Both the position numbers and the translations under genes were made by a program. A DNA stretch of 63,623 nucleotides, the filler included, from Dugesia japonica (lineage: Eukaryota), in NCBI GenBank assembly GCA_001938525.1. It is 6 parts of 6 records of this genome, joined end to end, with 100 filler letters (N's around TTAATTAATTAA, not from the genome) between each part and the next. Parts side by side here need not be neighbours in the genome. Positions count along the whole stretch, not along the records: positions 13,650 to 27,349 come from MQRL01589065.1; positions 27,450 to 36,189 come from MQRL01472355.1; 4 more parts are not named here. The stretch is one strand, 5' to 3'. Below are positions 23,621 to 36,289 of this stretch, piece after piece (the stretch's first letter is position 1; every line of letters begins with the position of its first letter). The notes below the pieces were generated by a model that did no database searches, had not been told where the DNA came from, and was given only the letters and a program-made list of their open reading frames with translations.

Positions 23621-24969
23621 TGATCCAAAGTTTACTGGTCATCTCTCTGCGTTCTCTTCTTTTTCTTCCGTAGTCGTTATGATCCACAGCTTTTAGCTGA
23701 CTAAAACAAGACAGGTTTAAACTTGGGGAGAATTTTCTAGCATGAAAGATGACTCCGTTTATCTCGGAGTATGCTTTTTATTCGATGGCCAAAGAATTCT
23801 CACTTAATAATGTTAAATAAACGAAAATCAAGAAAATTTATTTAAGTCTCAAATGTTTTGACATTTAAATTTGACAAAAATTCCAAATCGAGTTATTCGA
23901 TATTTGGCGTGTGAATGGTTCATTTCTTGGAGTGATTAATTATGATAATAAGACTATTGTAAAAAGATAGAAAATCTTAACTAGAAAGAAAAAAGACAGA
24001 AATCTACTGAGATGTATTTCGATATTTCTTTATTCCACAATAGAAGTTAATAGAATATTTTGAAATGAAAAACAAAAAGAAATATTGTTATGAAAATTAA
24101 AAAATAATTAATTAAATACATAATTGTGACACACAATATAGAAACTAAGCTAGATAATATTCATTATTCCATCGAAAACCTGTGGATTCATCAAATCTAA
24201 TATACAATCAACTATTCGTAATTCCAAACCGCGGCTTTCCGAGACATTACTATTCGATTTCAAATCTACAAACATTGTATAAATAGATCAACAACTACAA
24301 AACTACATTGAAAATTATCGACTGTCCTTTGTAACACGATTTGCATTGATCCGATCACTTTAGAACATACAGCCTGTAGAAGAATATATACAGAACTATT
24401 AATTATCAATAAAAGAACTTTCTCTTTGATTTAAATCAATAAATACAAAACATTCTAATTTTTGAAGATGAATTATAGTTAGAAATTTATGTTACAAATC
24501 AATCAAGCATATCATTCAATTAAATCTGAAGAAATAACTTTACTTTCACATAAAAATAATAGTTCTAAAAGAAATTTACTGTAAATTCAACAGAAAAGTA
24601 TTTAATTTTTGTTTTTACCGAATTTTCGACAATAGCTTTCACTATACAATAAGTTTTGAGAGATGCAGAATTGATTTCAACAAAGGAGCGATTGTGTTGA
24701 TAATCAATAAGCTTGTCAAACACGCATGGTATTAAGTTAATTCTATTAAAATGAATATTTTTATTCATCAATTCAATTATTAGATATTTTGCAAAAGCGT
24801 TTCATTTTCTCTTGGAAAAATTGAACAGATGTTGCTTATTGATTACACAAAAACTTCTTCAAAAAAGATAGTTATATATCATTCAAAAAATGTACATAAT
24901 TTTAAAAATATTGCTCACTAGGATTTTAAATTTTTTTTAATTAAATCTTTATAAATCTATACGATAAAT

Positions 24970-25248
24970 CAGTGGTTCTTAACCTTTTTAGTGGTCAGCA
25001 CCCCCTTGAATATGAAAATAAGCTCTCGCAACCCCTAAAAATGTGTTTATATATTTTATTTAAGAAGCATTTATTGCATAAGAAAATGAATACATTTACA
25101 ATATAAATTAATATATAACTGATGACAAGCGCGATGTGCTGAGAGACGCTAGACAGTGTACAAGTAGGGCTGTCACGTTGATGGGTATCAAGGTTCGTTT
25201 TCTTTTAATTTTTGAAATTTTTCTCGCACCCCAGATAAAGAACCACTG
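24970..25248. mobile_element. hAT MITE
   Basis: TIRs CAGTGGTTCTT / AAGAACCACTG; TSD CGATAAAT / CGATAGAT. Confidence 0.85.
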
Positions 25249-25334
25249 CGATAGATAAAAAGATTTTTTAAGAAAAATTGCAAATGTACACCACAGAGTA
25301 AGACAAATATAAACACAGAATGTATACCATATAT

Positions 25335-25570
25335 CAGTGCCCCGCAATCGGTGTGCCGTGAGACAATTGTATTACTGACACAGCAAAACTTCTAATTTCA
25401 GTAATATTAATGTTGTAATCCTTTAATTATATGTGAAGTATTTAAATAAATGTGATTTCTGTTTAATAATATTAAAATGTTTTATTCTTTGTATATTTGA
25501 TTTTGCTGTGCCATATGACTCTGGAAACAGCTTTAGTGTGCCATGAATGAGAAAAACTTGCGAAGCACTG
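25335..25570. mobile_element. hAT MITE
   Basis: TIRs CAGTGCCCGCAA / TTGCGAAGCACTG; TSD CCATATAT / CTATATAT; GTGTGCC subterminal motifs. Confidence 0.8.
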
Positions 25571-26019
25571 CTATATATTAAAAAAACCGGAGTAAAATTT
25601 AGAGTAGCGTATTTTCGAATTGATAACACGCGGATTATCTACATAAAAGAAAAATAAAGAGTCCTTGAAAACATTTATCTATTATAAAAAAGTGCAAGAT
25701 CTGAGAATTTTAAATCCTTTCAATTTGTTCANNNNNNNNNNNNNNNNNNNNNNNNNNNNNNNNNNNNNNNNNNNNNNNNNNNNNNNNNNNNNNNNNNNNN
25801 NNNNNNNNNNNNNNNNNNNNNNNNNNNNNNNNNNNNNNNNNNNNNNNNNNNNNNNNNNNNNNNNNNNNNNNNNNNNNNNNNNNNNNNNNNNNNNNNNNNN
25901 NNNNNNNNNNNNNNNNNNNNNNNNNNNNNNNNNNNNNNNNNNNNNNNNNNNNNNNNNNNNNNNNNNNNNNNNNNNNNNNNNNNNNNNNNNNNNNNNNTAA
26001 ATTTAATTTATATGCTTAA

Positions 26020-26651
26020 GATTTTCCAGTAATTTTAGCATTCTCTATGACTATTAATAAGACCCAAGACCAATTATTTGATATAGTTGGCGTGTATTTG
26101 CTTGAATCAGTTTTCGCTTATGACCAAGTCCACGTTGCACTTACTCGGTGTAGAAATCATGAAAATCGTAGAATGTTTATCAACGAACCACTTAATCAAG
26201 TAAAAATTCTTAATGATCATCGCACTTTCACAAAAAACCTTTATAATATAAACATCCAATTCGCTCACTGACTCACTCTGGAACGCTCGCACACAGGTAA
26301 AAAAATCAATGATAATTTATATAAGTGCGTTGGAATTAGCAAACTAATATACCATAACGGTTAACGGATATTTGAATTAGTTTGGGTGAAAAAGCAGACC
26401 TGATTAACCGTCAACTTTTGTATGAATTACAAGGACCGTTATTAAAAAATGCAAGACAATTTACTTGCAATGTTGTGTATGCCGAAATAATTCAGCAAAT
26501 AAATACTAACGCTTCATTGTATGAACAATAAATTTTACTGCTCTTTTTTTAATTCAAACCAAAAATATTTGCAAAATATTCTCATTTTCAGATTGAAAAT
26601 TAAAAATAAATTCAAAAATTACGAGCGCACAGGCGCCTTAGAGTAAACTAG
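26020..26651 (+). mobile_element. Helitron 3' end (PIF1 helicase C-terminus, hairpin, CTAG)
   Basis: FPVILAFSMTINKTQDQ..VGVYL..VFAYDQVHVALTR; hairpin GCGCacagGCGC then CTAG|T at 26648-26652. Confidence 0.85.
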
Positions 26652-27926
26652 TAAATAATTTCTTCACCAAAATGAAATTCATCAAATTCTGGACATAAAC
26701 AAGGCTACATTCTAAAGGAAATCATTTTACATTAACTATAAAAAAGGTTATTTGAAAAATTAATTATTATGCCTATTTTATAAATTATGATCAATGGAGT
26801 TACATATTAAAATTCTGATTTTGTAATCAATTATGTAGTTACCTTATTAAAAACTGAAAGTGATTATAAATATCCAATGAAGATTTACGAAGACCAACGT
26901 GAATGTGAATTTCTATAATCCCTAAAATTTCAGCGGAAAAACTTTAATTTACAAGTAACATTATGATCAGAAATATTACTTGCAAAGATGACAAGAAGTC
27001 TCTTCAAAATACGTGACATTTCAAAAATTACAATAAAATTTATAAATAAAAGCGGATACAATTTATGTTAACATTTTGAAAAATGTCGACATAATTTTAA
27101 AGTTTGGAAAATAAACTCAATAATTACAGATTTGACACAAGCTAAATGTAAATATTAGCAGAAAGTAGAAAATGAACAGAATTCATCTGGTACTTCATGA
27201 TTTCAATGAATTTCAATATCGGTACTTATGAACGCATCGTAGTTCACATTGATGATTATAACATTCGGTTAGATAAGAATCTTCAAATAATTTTATGCTT
27301 GTTTGTTTTTATGGATCCTACTTATCGGTTACAGACGATTTTTTTTTAANNNNNNNNNNNNNNNNNNNNNNNNNNNNNNNNNNNNNNNNNNNNTTAATTA
27401 ATTAANNNNNNNNNNNNNNNNNNNNNNNNNNNNNNNNNNNNNNNNNNNNTAATAACAGATAATTATTTTCTTTAAATTTTCGAATTATTTAAAATAAAGA
27501 TTTAATCTAAAATATTAAATTTACTAGAAAATAATTTCCAATGGAAGCATGGGTTTTAATTTGTTTGAATTAAAAAAAGGATTGTTTGTGAATAAATTTT
27601 GCTATGGAATCGAGTTTTGATATTAATGATCAGATGAGTTCTCTAAACTCATCTAACAGTAATTATATTTCGTTGGAATAATAACTAAAAATTTATTATT
27701 GAACTCCTGAAATTCTAGATTTTTAATCATCCCATGATTGTATAATAAATTATCATGATAGAAAAAAATTGCTTTTTAAAAGAAAATCAGTACATACTAG
27801 TACATCCGTGGAATGGGAGAAAAAAAATAGTATTTTAATCTCAATATAATCAGGTTGTATTAATAATGCTAGTAGAAATTCAAATATTTAGTTAAAAGTA
27901 TCAGTTACAATATCCCTGTCCTCTTT

Positions 27927-29631
27927 CATATTTGAAGAACAACTAAGTGATTAGAATATAAGTGATTAAAAATAAATATAACGTTAATTCGTATTATTAA
28001 AACAACAATATTTCGAATTTCCAAAACTCTCCCCTCCTTTAAAACGTTTTTCATCTTTTTAACCATTCTTTTCTTCTGGTTTTCAAACCATTTGGAAACT
28101 TGATTTCTACTTGATGTGCTGATACAAACCTCACTATTTGGTATTACTTCATATAGCAAACCGTTTTTCTTTTGTTTGTGTGGTTCTACTCGGACTAATA
28201 CCCACTTTTCAATTTTCTAGGCATTCTTCTCCAAATTCTGTCGCACTATCTCTTTTCTGCCTGTTCTTCTGTTTAAGAGCGTTTCCTCTTAGGTATGCAG
28301 ATTTATCTTTCTATCAAATACGATTTTGAAAGGAGAGAATTTTGCTGACTCTTGTATTGTAGCATTAATACTAAATACTACTCTCAGTAAAGTGTCTCCC
28401 AATCTTTTTCATTACATTTCCTTTTTATTCATATCTTAATCATGTCCCTTCACTGTTCGGATCGTTTCTTCTTTTTTTCTGTCTGAGCCGGTTGAATCAT
28501 TGTAATTATATCGGTTGAATTCCATTGATACGTTTTACTCTGACTTTTTCTCATTTTGAGTCTATGTGTTTCATGCTATATTGTGAACATAAACTCTCCT
28601 TTAAAAAGATCTAAAATTATGGCCAGACTTGCCATAAATTAAAAATCTGTCTTCTAATGAGCATTGATTTTGTTTATACCCACATTCTCAACAGCAGTAA
28701 CATTTACCCACTTGGAGTTTATCTTCACGAGATTCTAGAAATTCACTATGTCTGTTAAATAACATCTTGCAAAATATTTCATCAATACTGCCGGTTTTGG
28801 CCTCATCACCTGAGTTTTATCTTCCATCATCACTGGTTGGGTGCTCCTCTCATATACTCTTTTTAATGGCAAAACATTAACACGTATTTTATGTTTATCC
28901 TCTTCAACTCTATTTATGTATAGTTTCACTACATTTGTATAACTCATCTTTTTTGTATCATACAGATATCTTTAATTTCAGTGATTCATTGATAATTTCC
29001 TTGTTCTCGTGTTGTCAATGTTTCTTTCAACTTTGTATTTTTCACCTTCTTAGAGAGTACGTCATTAATTATTTCATCTTTACTTAGTTCTGAATTCATG
29101 ATATCATCTAACCGATTTCTTACTCTGATTTTGAATGTTGCGAATCTTCCTTCATTCTCATGTTTTGCCGTTGCTAATTCTAAAATCATATCTGAAAACG
29201 ATTTTATTTATCATATATGTGACTGTGAATCGTCTTTTGGCTTCCTCTGTTATGATATCAATTTTTTAAAAATCTTTTAAAAAAATTCCTGCTTTGTCTA
29301 ACAATAGCAAATCAAAGATATCCAAAAAATTAAAATCGTTAACGATAGTCCCACCTACGTTGAAGCTTCTTCTGCAGCTTTTTCATCATATTTTCTGACG
29401 TTAAAATTTTTTAATTCTTGCGTTTTTTTATAAAGCATCTAAAAACAAATTTCCGTTGATGCTGTTATTTTGTCAGCGCATTCACAGTTCTGGTGTGGTT
29501 GCCATTTACAATATTCTTGTCATCATATTTGATCATATTTGAAGAACAACTAAGTGATTAGAAAATTTATTAAAAATAATTTATAACGTTAATTCGTATT
29601 ATTCAAACAACATTATTTCGAATTCCCATAC
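27927..29631 (-). mobile_element. Internally deleted gypsy element with ~100-bp LTR-like direct repeats (same family as 566-3726)
   Basis: Direct repeats 27927-28026 and 29533-29631; PPT AAAGGAGGGGAGAG at 28040-28027; gag from ATG ~29514 with decayed zinc knuckles ~28620-28710; RNaseH-IN linker and IN end; RT deleted. Confidence 0.88.
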
Positions 29632-30149
29632 CTGTATCATTTATCTTTATGTAATTGNCACGGTGTACATGACACATAGAATGTCAGGCGTATGAATTCT
29701 TAATAATAGTGATTTTAGACAGTAATATGTTGAAACCGAAATAAACTTGTTGTAGAACCACTCTGTAAACTTACAATTGCAAGAATTCTGAATTTATGGA
29801 ACTAAATTTATCTGCCTCGGATTATCAGATAAAGATCTGTTTAGAGGAATTGACTTGAAATCTAATTAAAATTTACCTTATTAATAAAAAGAATCTTTAC
29901 TAATTTTTATTGATTTCACAATAAACATACAACTTTACTTTTTTGGTAATACTGCGAAACTTAATAAAACTTCAACGTATTTATATAGTGCTTGATGGAT
30001 ATACACAGAACTCAACTTCAAATAAAATATCAAAAAAATGATTCAGCAATAATTAGATCACATTCGCTGTACGTCAACTTTAATTTTTTGTTACCAACAG
30101 AGGGTTTGGGATCAAATCACTAATCTTTAATAAAAACTCAATTTTTAAC

Positions 30150-31110
30150 TCAATTTTTCATAACATTGTCTGAGTTATCTTTTTCCTCCAACTTGTCCAA
30201 TAAACGCAATGTTTCCTTAATATTTTCGACCTTCTCTATTTTGAGTAGAAGTACCTCTTCCTTAGCTCTTCTACTTCCCGGACCTTTGACCAAAAGCTTT
30301 GCTAACAACTTTTCTTTCGTAAATTCTTTATTTGTGAATAACCTTTCTACCGGCTCTTCCATTTTCCTTTTATATAAATCAATATCTTCCGCCTGTCTTT
30401 TATATTCCAGCATTTTTTGTAGATCTTTAACAACATCCCTTTCTTTACTAAATGTTTTCCGCAATCGACTGGAAACCCTCTGTTTCTCCAAATGTGTCTA
30501 CATATTTCCCCAGTCTCTCTTGTTCTTTTTTGTTTGCAATCCCCTTTACTTCGAAATATATTTAGCATTTTCGAATGAATTTCTCAATGTCGTCATTGTC
30601 TTTTGAATATCTATGGCATGAATCGGTCCGTAAAGAAGTCCGTTTTGATCGCTGCCACCATGTTAGGGAATAATGGCCTTTCTAACATTTCCTATAGGAC
30701 AGATTAATATTAATAATAATAACAGTATTTATCAATCGCTTAGTTTATAAAATTCTTTACTAATAGTAGAATGAATATAATTAATGTATTAGTTTATTTA
30801 GTTAGTATAATTACTATTAACTAAGTATTACGATAATAAAGTTTATTCGTAAAATTTATTAATTAAGAAAACACAACTACAAACCTTAAAAACAAAGTAA
30901 GATATAAAAATAAAACAACAACAAAATACTACTCACAGAATAAATCGTAACAGTGAATCACAAATGTTCGTCGTCTAAATATTACCTTCTTAAATCAAAT
31001 GTAATCAACTCTGTTAGAATAACGATAATAATTTTCTAATTAGTAATTATAACTTTAATAATCTACGGTAATTTATTAATCTTATTTTTTGAATATTAAC
31101 AGTTCCTTAC
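30150..31110 (-). mobile_element. gypsy 5' end: LTR (~30661-31110), tRNA-Leu PBS, gag fragment
   Basis: ...CCCTAACA|TGGTGGCAGCG; gag-like ORF 30150-30491, related to decayed 44920-45227. Confidence 0.75.
30650..30660 (-). promoter_or_regulatory. Primer-binding site complementary to the tRNA-Leu 3' end
   Basis: TGGTGGCAGCG immediately after LTR-terminal AACA. Confidence 0.8.
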
Positions 31111-31139
31111 TAATGTTCTTATTATTAATCTTTCCATTA

Positions 31140-34100
31140 AGATGTCAAGGAATTATGGCAAGAAACGAAAACAAACGAGGATTTCAATTCAAATGAAAAG
31201 TGCGAAAGTTGGTTTCGATCAACATTTATTAAAGATAAATCGCTGGTTGAAAAATTACAAATCTATCATCAGTTAAACAAAAGGTTGTTGAAAAATATCG
31301 AAATTTCAAGATAAGAGTAAAAAACTTGTCCACGATATATTTGAAAGCAAAAGATCACAAGAGGAAATATGAAAAGTTTTATTCCGAATGGATTAAGAAG
31401 TGAAAAATTAAAAGAATNNNNNNNNNNNNNNNNNNNNNNNAATGATGAAAATGTCGAGAATTGGCTGCAAACCTTGATAAATTTTTAGCAAAAAGTAATG
31501 TTGTCAACGAAAGCTATGTAAGTGCAGTTAAGAAATCAGCTTTTAAACTAAAATATAATAAATTGAGAAGAGATTGAGAAGAAAACCAACAAACTATTCA
31601 AGAATTGGTAATAATATGCTACAATTAAGAGATTTAAATAAAGACCAAGNAAGAGAATTTCAAAGTATTCTCTGAAATATGTAGCAACAAAAATTTATAA
31701 TAGATATCATGGTAAAGCTCCCCCAAAAGTAGAATTCCTACAGCATGGTGCTTGATTTTGCTGTGGAAAAACAAACCATAGAAGAAGAAGTATTTAATAT
31801 GAATTTAATATGAAGGCCACGCTTTCAGAAATTGTGCAGGCACAATAAAGAGGACACAATAATCGAATAATATTATTAATAACAGTAAAATAGAGGGAAG
31901 AATCTATAAATGAATGTGAATCATAAATTGATTTTTAACATGATGCAATAAAAACTTTAAAATATAATGAAAAAATGCCCAACAACCCGTTGTATTTATT
32001 TCGTCAGTGAGGATGCATTTAAGAGTTTTAAAGAGAAAAATCGAGATATTGAAAGAAAACCTGATGTTAAACTGATGTATCAAAAACTTGATGGTAGAAA
32101 TTGGAGCAGTGTAAATTGTAATGGAATCAGTGTAGAGATTTTATGGGATTTATGAGCGTCTGTCTCAGTGATGAGTGAAGAAATATGGAAGAAGATTGGT
32201 TCACCAAAAATTCAATTTTCAAATGTAATGCTAGCTGAAGTATTTTCTGAGAAAAGTGAAAAATGCATAGGAAAAGCCATAATTAAATTATTTTAGAATA
32301 AAAAAGCATATATAGAGAGAAATAATTATTGTTAAAAACATTTATCCAAATTTTATTGGTGGTATCGATTAGAAGCGTTCGATTTCATAGATTAAAAAGA
32401 TGTTATATGCAAAGATAATAAACATTGTGATAAAAAATTGAATATACTCAAGTTAAATGCCAGCAATAGAATAATTGAATTAGTTGATAAATATGACCAC
32501 ACATTTATGAATTCCAAATTTGATGTAGATTTAACAAATATGACAATGTATAACATAAAAACTAAAGGAGAACCCGTATTGATAAATCCAAGAAGAAAAC
32601 ATATGTATTTAGAAGGCAAGATATACAAATTAATACAAAATCTATTATCAGAAAATATTATAAACCTTGTCGAAATCCATGGAATTCTCCATTAGTGATT
32701 GCTCCAAAAAAGATGGTTCTCTCAGAATGTGCCTTGAGTTTAAGAAATTGAATTCGGTAACTGAAAAATATTTATTTCCTGTTCCAGATATAAATATGCT
32801 ATTGGATACACTAAGTTTTTCACATCAATCGATCTAGGACAGGCGTATTGCCAAATTGAACTAACTGAGAAGTCAAAATTAAAAACAGCTTTCACCACAA
32901 AAATGGGGAAATTTGTTTCAATCGCATACCATTCGGATTATGCACCGCTCCTGCAACGTTTCAAGAATTAATGCATAAAATTTTCAACAAGATCTTATTT
33001 ACTACAGTGTTAGTTTATCTTGATGAAATTTTAATTTTGGGTCAGACACAAGACATTCATGATAAATTTTTTACAAAATGTGTTGAAACTAATTGAGCAA
33101 TCTGGTCTAAAAATTAATCCTGAAAAATTTATATTTAGTTTATCAAAACTCAAATTTCTTTGTCATACAATCAGTTCTAAAGGTGTTGAAACAAATGATG
33201 ACATTATTAATAAAGTAAAATAAGCTGTTATTCCAAAATGAGCAACCCAAATGTGAACCTTCTTAGAATTGACAAATTACTACCGTAGGTTTATTTAAGA
33301 TTACGCAAAATAGCCTGTCCATTAATACAACACTACATCGATCACAAAAAGTTGAATAGTGGACTGAAGAATGTGACAGCAGCTTTAAACTACTGAAAGA
33401 AAAATTATGTTATTCTACAATGTTGGCATTTCCAAATCCTCAANGCAAAATGATAAGCAAAAGCTTCTATGCAATTGTTGCTGTTTTGAGTCAATTATCA
33501 AGAGATGGCCTGGAAACTGTTACTGCTTATGCATCTCGTAATTTGAATGACCATGAAAAGAGTTTTTGTGTAACCAGAAAAGAACTATTGGAATTCCACG
33601 AAATTATGATTCATTTCATTATTTTTACAGAAAAAAGTTCACAGCAAAAAAAGCATTAGTGTTTATGAAGAAAACAAATAAACCAATTCCAGACGTGGAT
33701 TGCAAATCTAGCAGAATTGGATTTTGCTTTTCAATTTCGTAAAAGCATTGACCATGGGAATGCTGAATGGATTATCAAGAATATGATAAAGTTTATGCGC
33801 CCAATGTTTAACGACTCATCACAATGGAAAAGGTGAAAAATCTAGAATTAGAAGAATAAATATCGTAGAAAGCTCAAATTATAATTAAAAAAGTATCATA
33901 AAAATTCAAAATAATGATCAAATTACCAGATATAATTGAATATATTACAGATAAACGTTTCCAAGTTAATAAAAATTTAAATAATTGTATACACTTCAGA
34001 GATATTGATAAATTCGCCATGGAAGAAGATTTATTGATGTTTGTTGATTAAAATACGAAGAGGATTATTTTAGCAGGTAAATCAGTGGTTGGTTTAATAA

Positions 34101-34500
34101 ATTATGTCATGTGGAAATAAAGAAATTAGCTGAATATATTCTAATAACTTATTTTTGCCCAGATATGTTCAAAACAATTGACCATAAGCTTAAATAAATA
34201 CTTAATTTGCAATCAACGAAAAATATTTACAGGCAAAACAAAAGAATTTTTACTACCTCGAAACGAATTTGGATAGTTAGAACAGATTTTCATTAATATA
34301 GCTCCCTTTGATGAATCAAAATCAAAGAAGAAATATGTTTTAGTCATGATAGAACGATACAGAAAACTTGTTAGCCTGTCANTCATGGTAAACAAAAAGA
34401 AAAATCTGTAGTTGAATCATTAAAAGAGAATTGGATATAAAGATTCAACAAATCCAAATTCATACTGACAAATAGAGGCAGGACATTTGCAGGAAAATTG
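31140..34500 (+). mobile_element. Heavily decayed gypsy gag-pol
   Basis: Zinc-knuckle remnant ~31750; protease VEILWD; RT SIDLGQAY, PFGLCTAPATFQ, VYLDEI; RNase H AYASRNLNDHEKSFCVTRKELL; integrase remnant to LTNRGRTF. Confidence 0.9.
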
Positions 34501-35641
34501 ATTATATATGTTTACTTATAATGTGACTTATGAGACATATTTAAAAACAACACGAACTTTTTGGTTAATGATATAATTTTTTTATTTTTAATTTATTTTA
34601 ATTATTGCACAACATAATGACAAAACATCGAACATGGTATCAGAAAATTTTAAAAAACTAGTTTTCAAATTAAAGCGAACAATATAGATTCATTTAAAAT
34701 AAATGTAATTTACTCATTATGGAAAATTCCAATTTACTTTACAATATATGACAATGACGTAGCATGTCAATATATTCACTGGAATGAATACATCTCATGA
34801 ACTTCTATGTATCAATTGAAGAAACGATATAATAATGAGTAATAAAGTAAATAAGCTTGAAACTTCAACAAGTACAAATAATCAGGATGACCTGTTATGA
34901 CAGGAAATTCATCTAGTGTATAATCTGTTGCAAATTATGACTGAACAGTAAAAGAACGTGGAGTCATTGAAACAGGTTTAAAATGGTGATTCTTGGATAG
35001 ATATGCCATTTGAATTTATGATAGGGTTATCAAACTCGTGAAATAATCAACATGAAAAAAATATACTTCTTGTATATTTCTTATAACTTTGCTCTTAAGA
35101 TACATATATAATTTCAAGGAAAACAGTCCACACGTACGGCACTGGGGAAATAACAAGATTGGTTGAAGAATAATATCAGGACAAATGTGAAATCGATACA
35201 AAATTTCAAAGTTACGAAAAATTCATATTAATATGAAATTTCGATGATATTATTATATATAAACCGCAAAATCAATTAAAATATTTTAGAAAAATCAGTA
35301 ACCAATTAAAAGCACTATCATCAGGTCTTAAAAATATCTTAAGATTTGATTAACAACGCNNNNNNNNNNNNNNNNNNNNNNNNNNNNNNNNNNNNNNNNN
35401 NNNNNNNNNNNNNNNNNNNNNNNNNNNNNNNNNNNNNNNNNNNNNNNNNNNNNNNNNNNNNNNNNNNNNNNNNNNNNNNTTAGTTTAATAATTTTTTTAA
35501 TTGACCTTAAAAAATTATTAATAATTTAGTTATGTTGATTTTATAGATTTGTAAATTCTGTATCATTTTTATTGAAATTGAACTCACTTCTATAATCAAA
35601 AGGATTTTATTTAACATTGAAAAATGATAAAATATTATTAC

Positions 35642-35809
35642 CAATTATTATTAAACCCCTTTTTGCTCGAGTTAAAGCAACATTAACTTGATTTTCATCT
35701 GTTATGAAACCTAAGTACTTTTTTTCCCATCCAATTGAAGCATGTTTTGGAATATTTCTATTATGTAGAGATCGAACAGTTGAGAAAATGACATAATCAC
35801 TTTCTGATC
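35642..35809 (-). CDS. Host exon: SF1 (UPF1-like) helicase motifs V-VI, HELZ2-like
   Basis: gattag|(G)SESDYVIFSTVRSLHNRNIPKHASIGWEKKYLGFITDENQVNVALTRAKRGLIII|gtaata. Confidence 0.85.
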
Positions 35810-35852
35810 CTAATCAAAGTTAAATTAAATAATTTAATTATCATTATTAAAC

Positions 35853-36024
35853 CTTGACTACAAATAACTGTTTTCACAATTGGTGTCATTTCAAATTTGT
35901 TTTTCTTAAGAATTTCGTTGCATTTTTTCTCCAGTAAAGTTTGTTGTAATTTGTACTGAGTAAGTACAGTGACAGAATTAGGATCCAAACAATTTTTACT
36001 AATTAATTTCTCATAAATGTATCC
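35853..36024 (-). CDS. Host exon: SF1 helicase motifs IV-V, HELZ2-like
   Basis: tattag|GYIYEKLISKNCLDPNSVTVLTQYKLQ..IVKTVICSQ(G)|gtttaa; the 43-nt intron 35810-35852 restores SQGSE.DYVI. Confidence 0.85.
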
Positions 36025-36289
36025 CTAATAAATGAAAGAAAAATAAATGTATTTAAAAAATAAATTTAATTAGCAAATATAAAGAAACAAGTTTATTTTG
36101 AGGCGCCCGTAATTTTTTAATTTTCCATCTGAAAATGAGAATAATTAGAGTAAAAAGAAGAGTAAAATTTAATGTTCATACAATGAAGCNNNNNNNNNNN
36201 NNNNNNNNNNNNNNNNNNNNNNNNNNNNNNNNNTTAATTAATTAANNNNNNNNNNNNNNNNNNNNNNNNNNNNNNNNNNNNNNNNNNNN

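Larger units (their letters stand above)
13650..23850 (+). mobile_element. Giant Ty3/gypsy element (Burro-like): pol, long 3' coding extension and accessory ORF row; 5' part missing, 3' LTR not identified
   Basis: Purine/A-rich plus strand continuous over ~10 kb; pol motifs followed without a break by co-oriented ORFs. Confidence 0.75.

Noticed and set aside
23700-24200. PPT and 3' LTR of the giant element near GGGGAGAA (23726)
   Set aside because: Not followed by TG and no partner LTR in the window; boundary left undefined
26047-26271. Host PIF1 helicase gene
   Set aside because: Degenerate motifs followed by hairpin-CTAG; it is a Helitron end
34631-34650. AACA-TGGTATCAGA as a PBS of another LTR element
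   Set aside because: Short match; no convincing LTR or gag recovered around it
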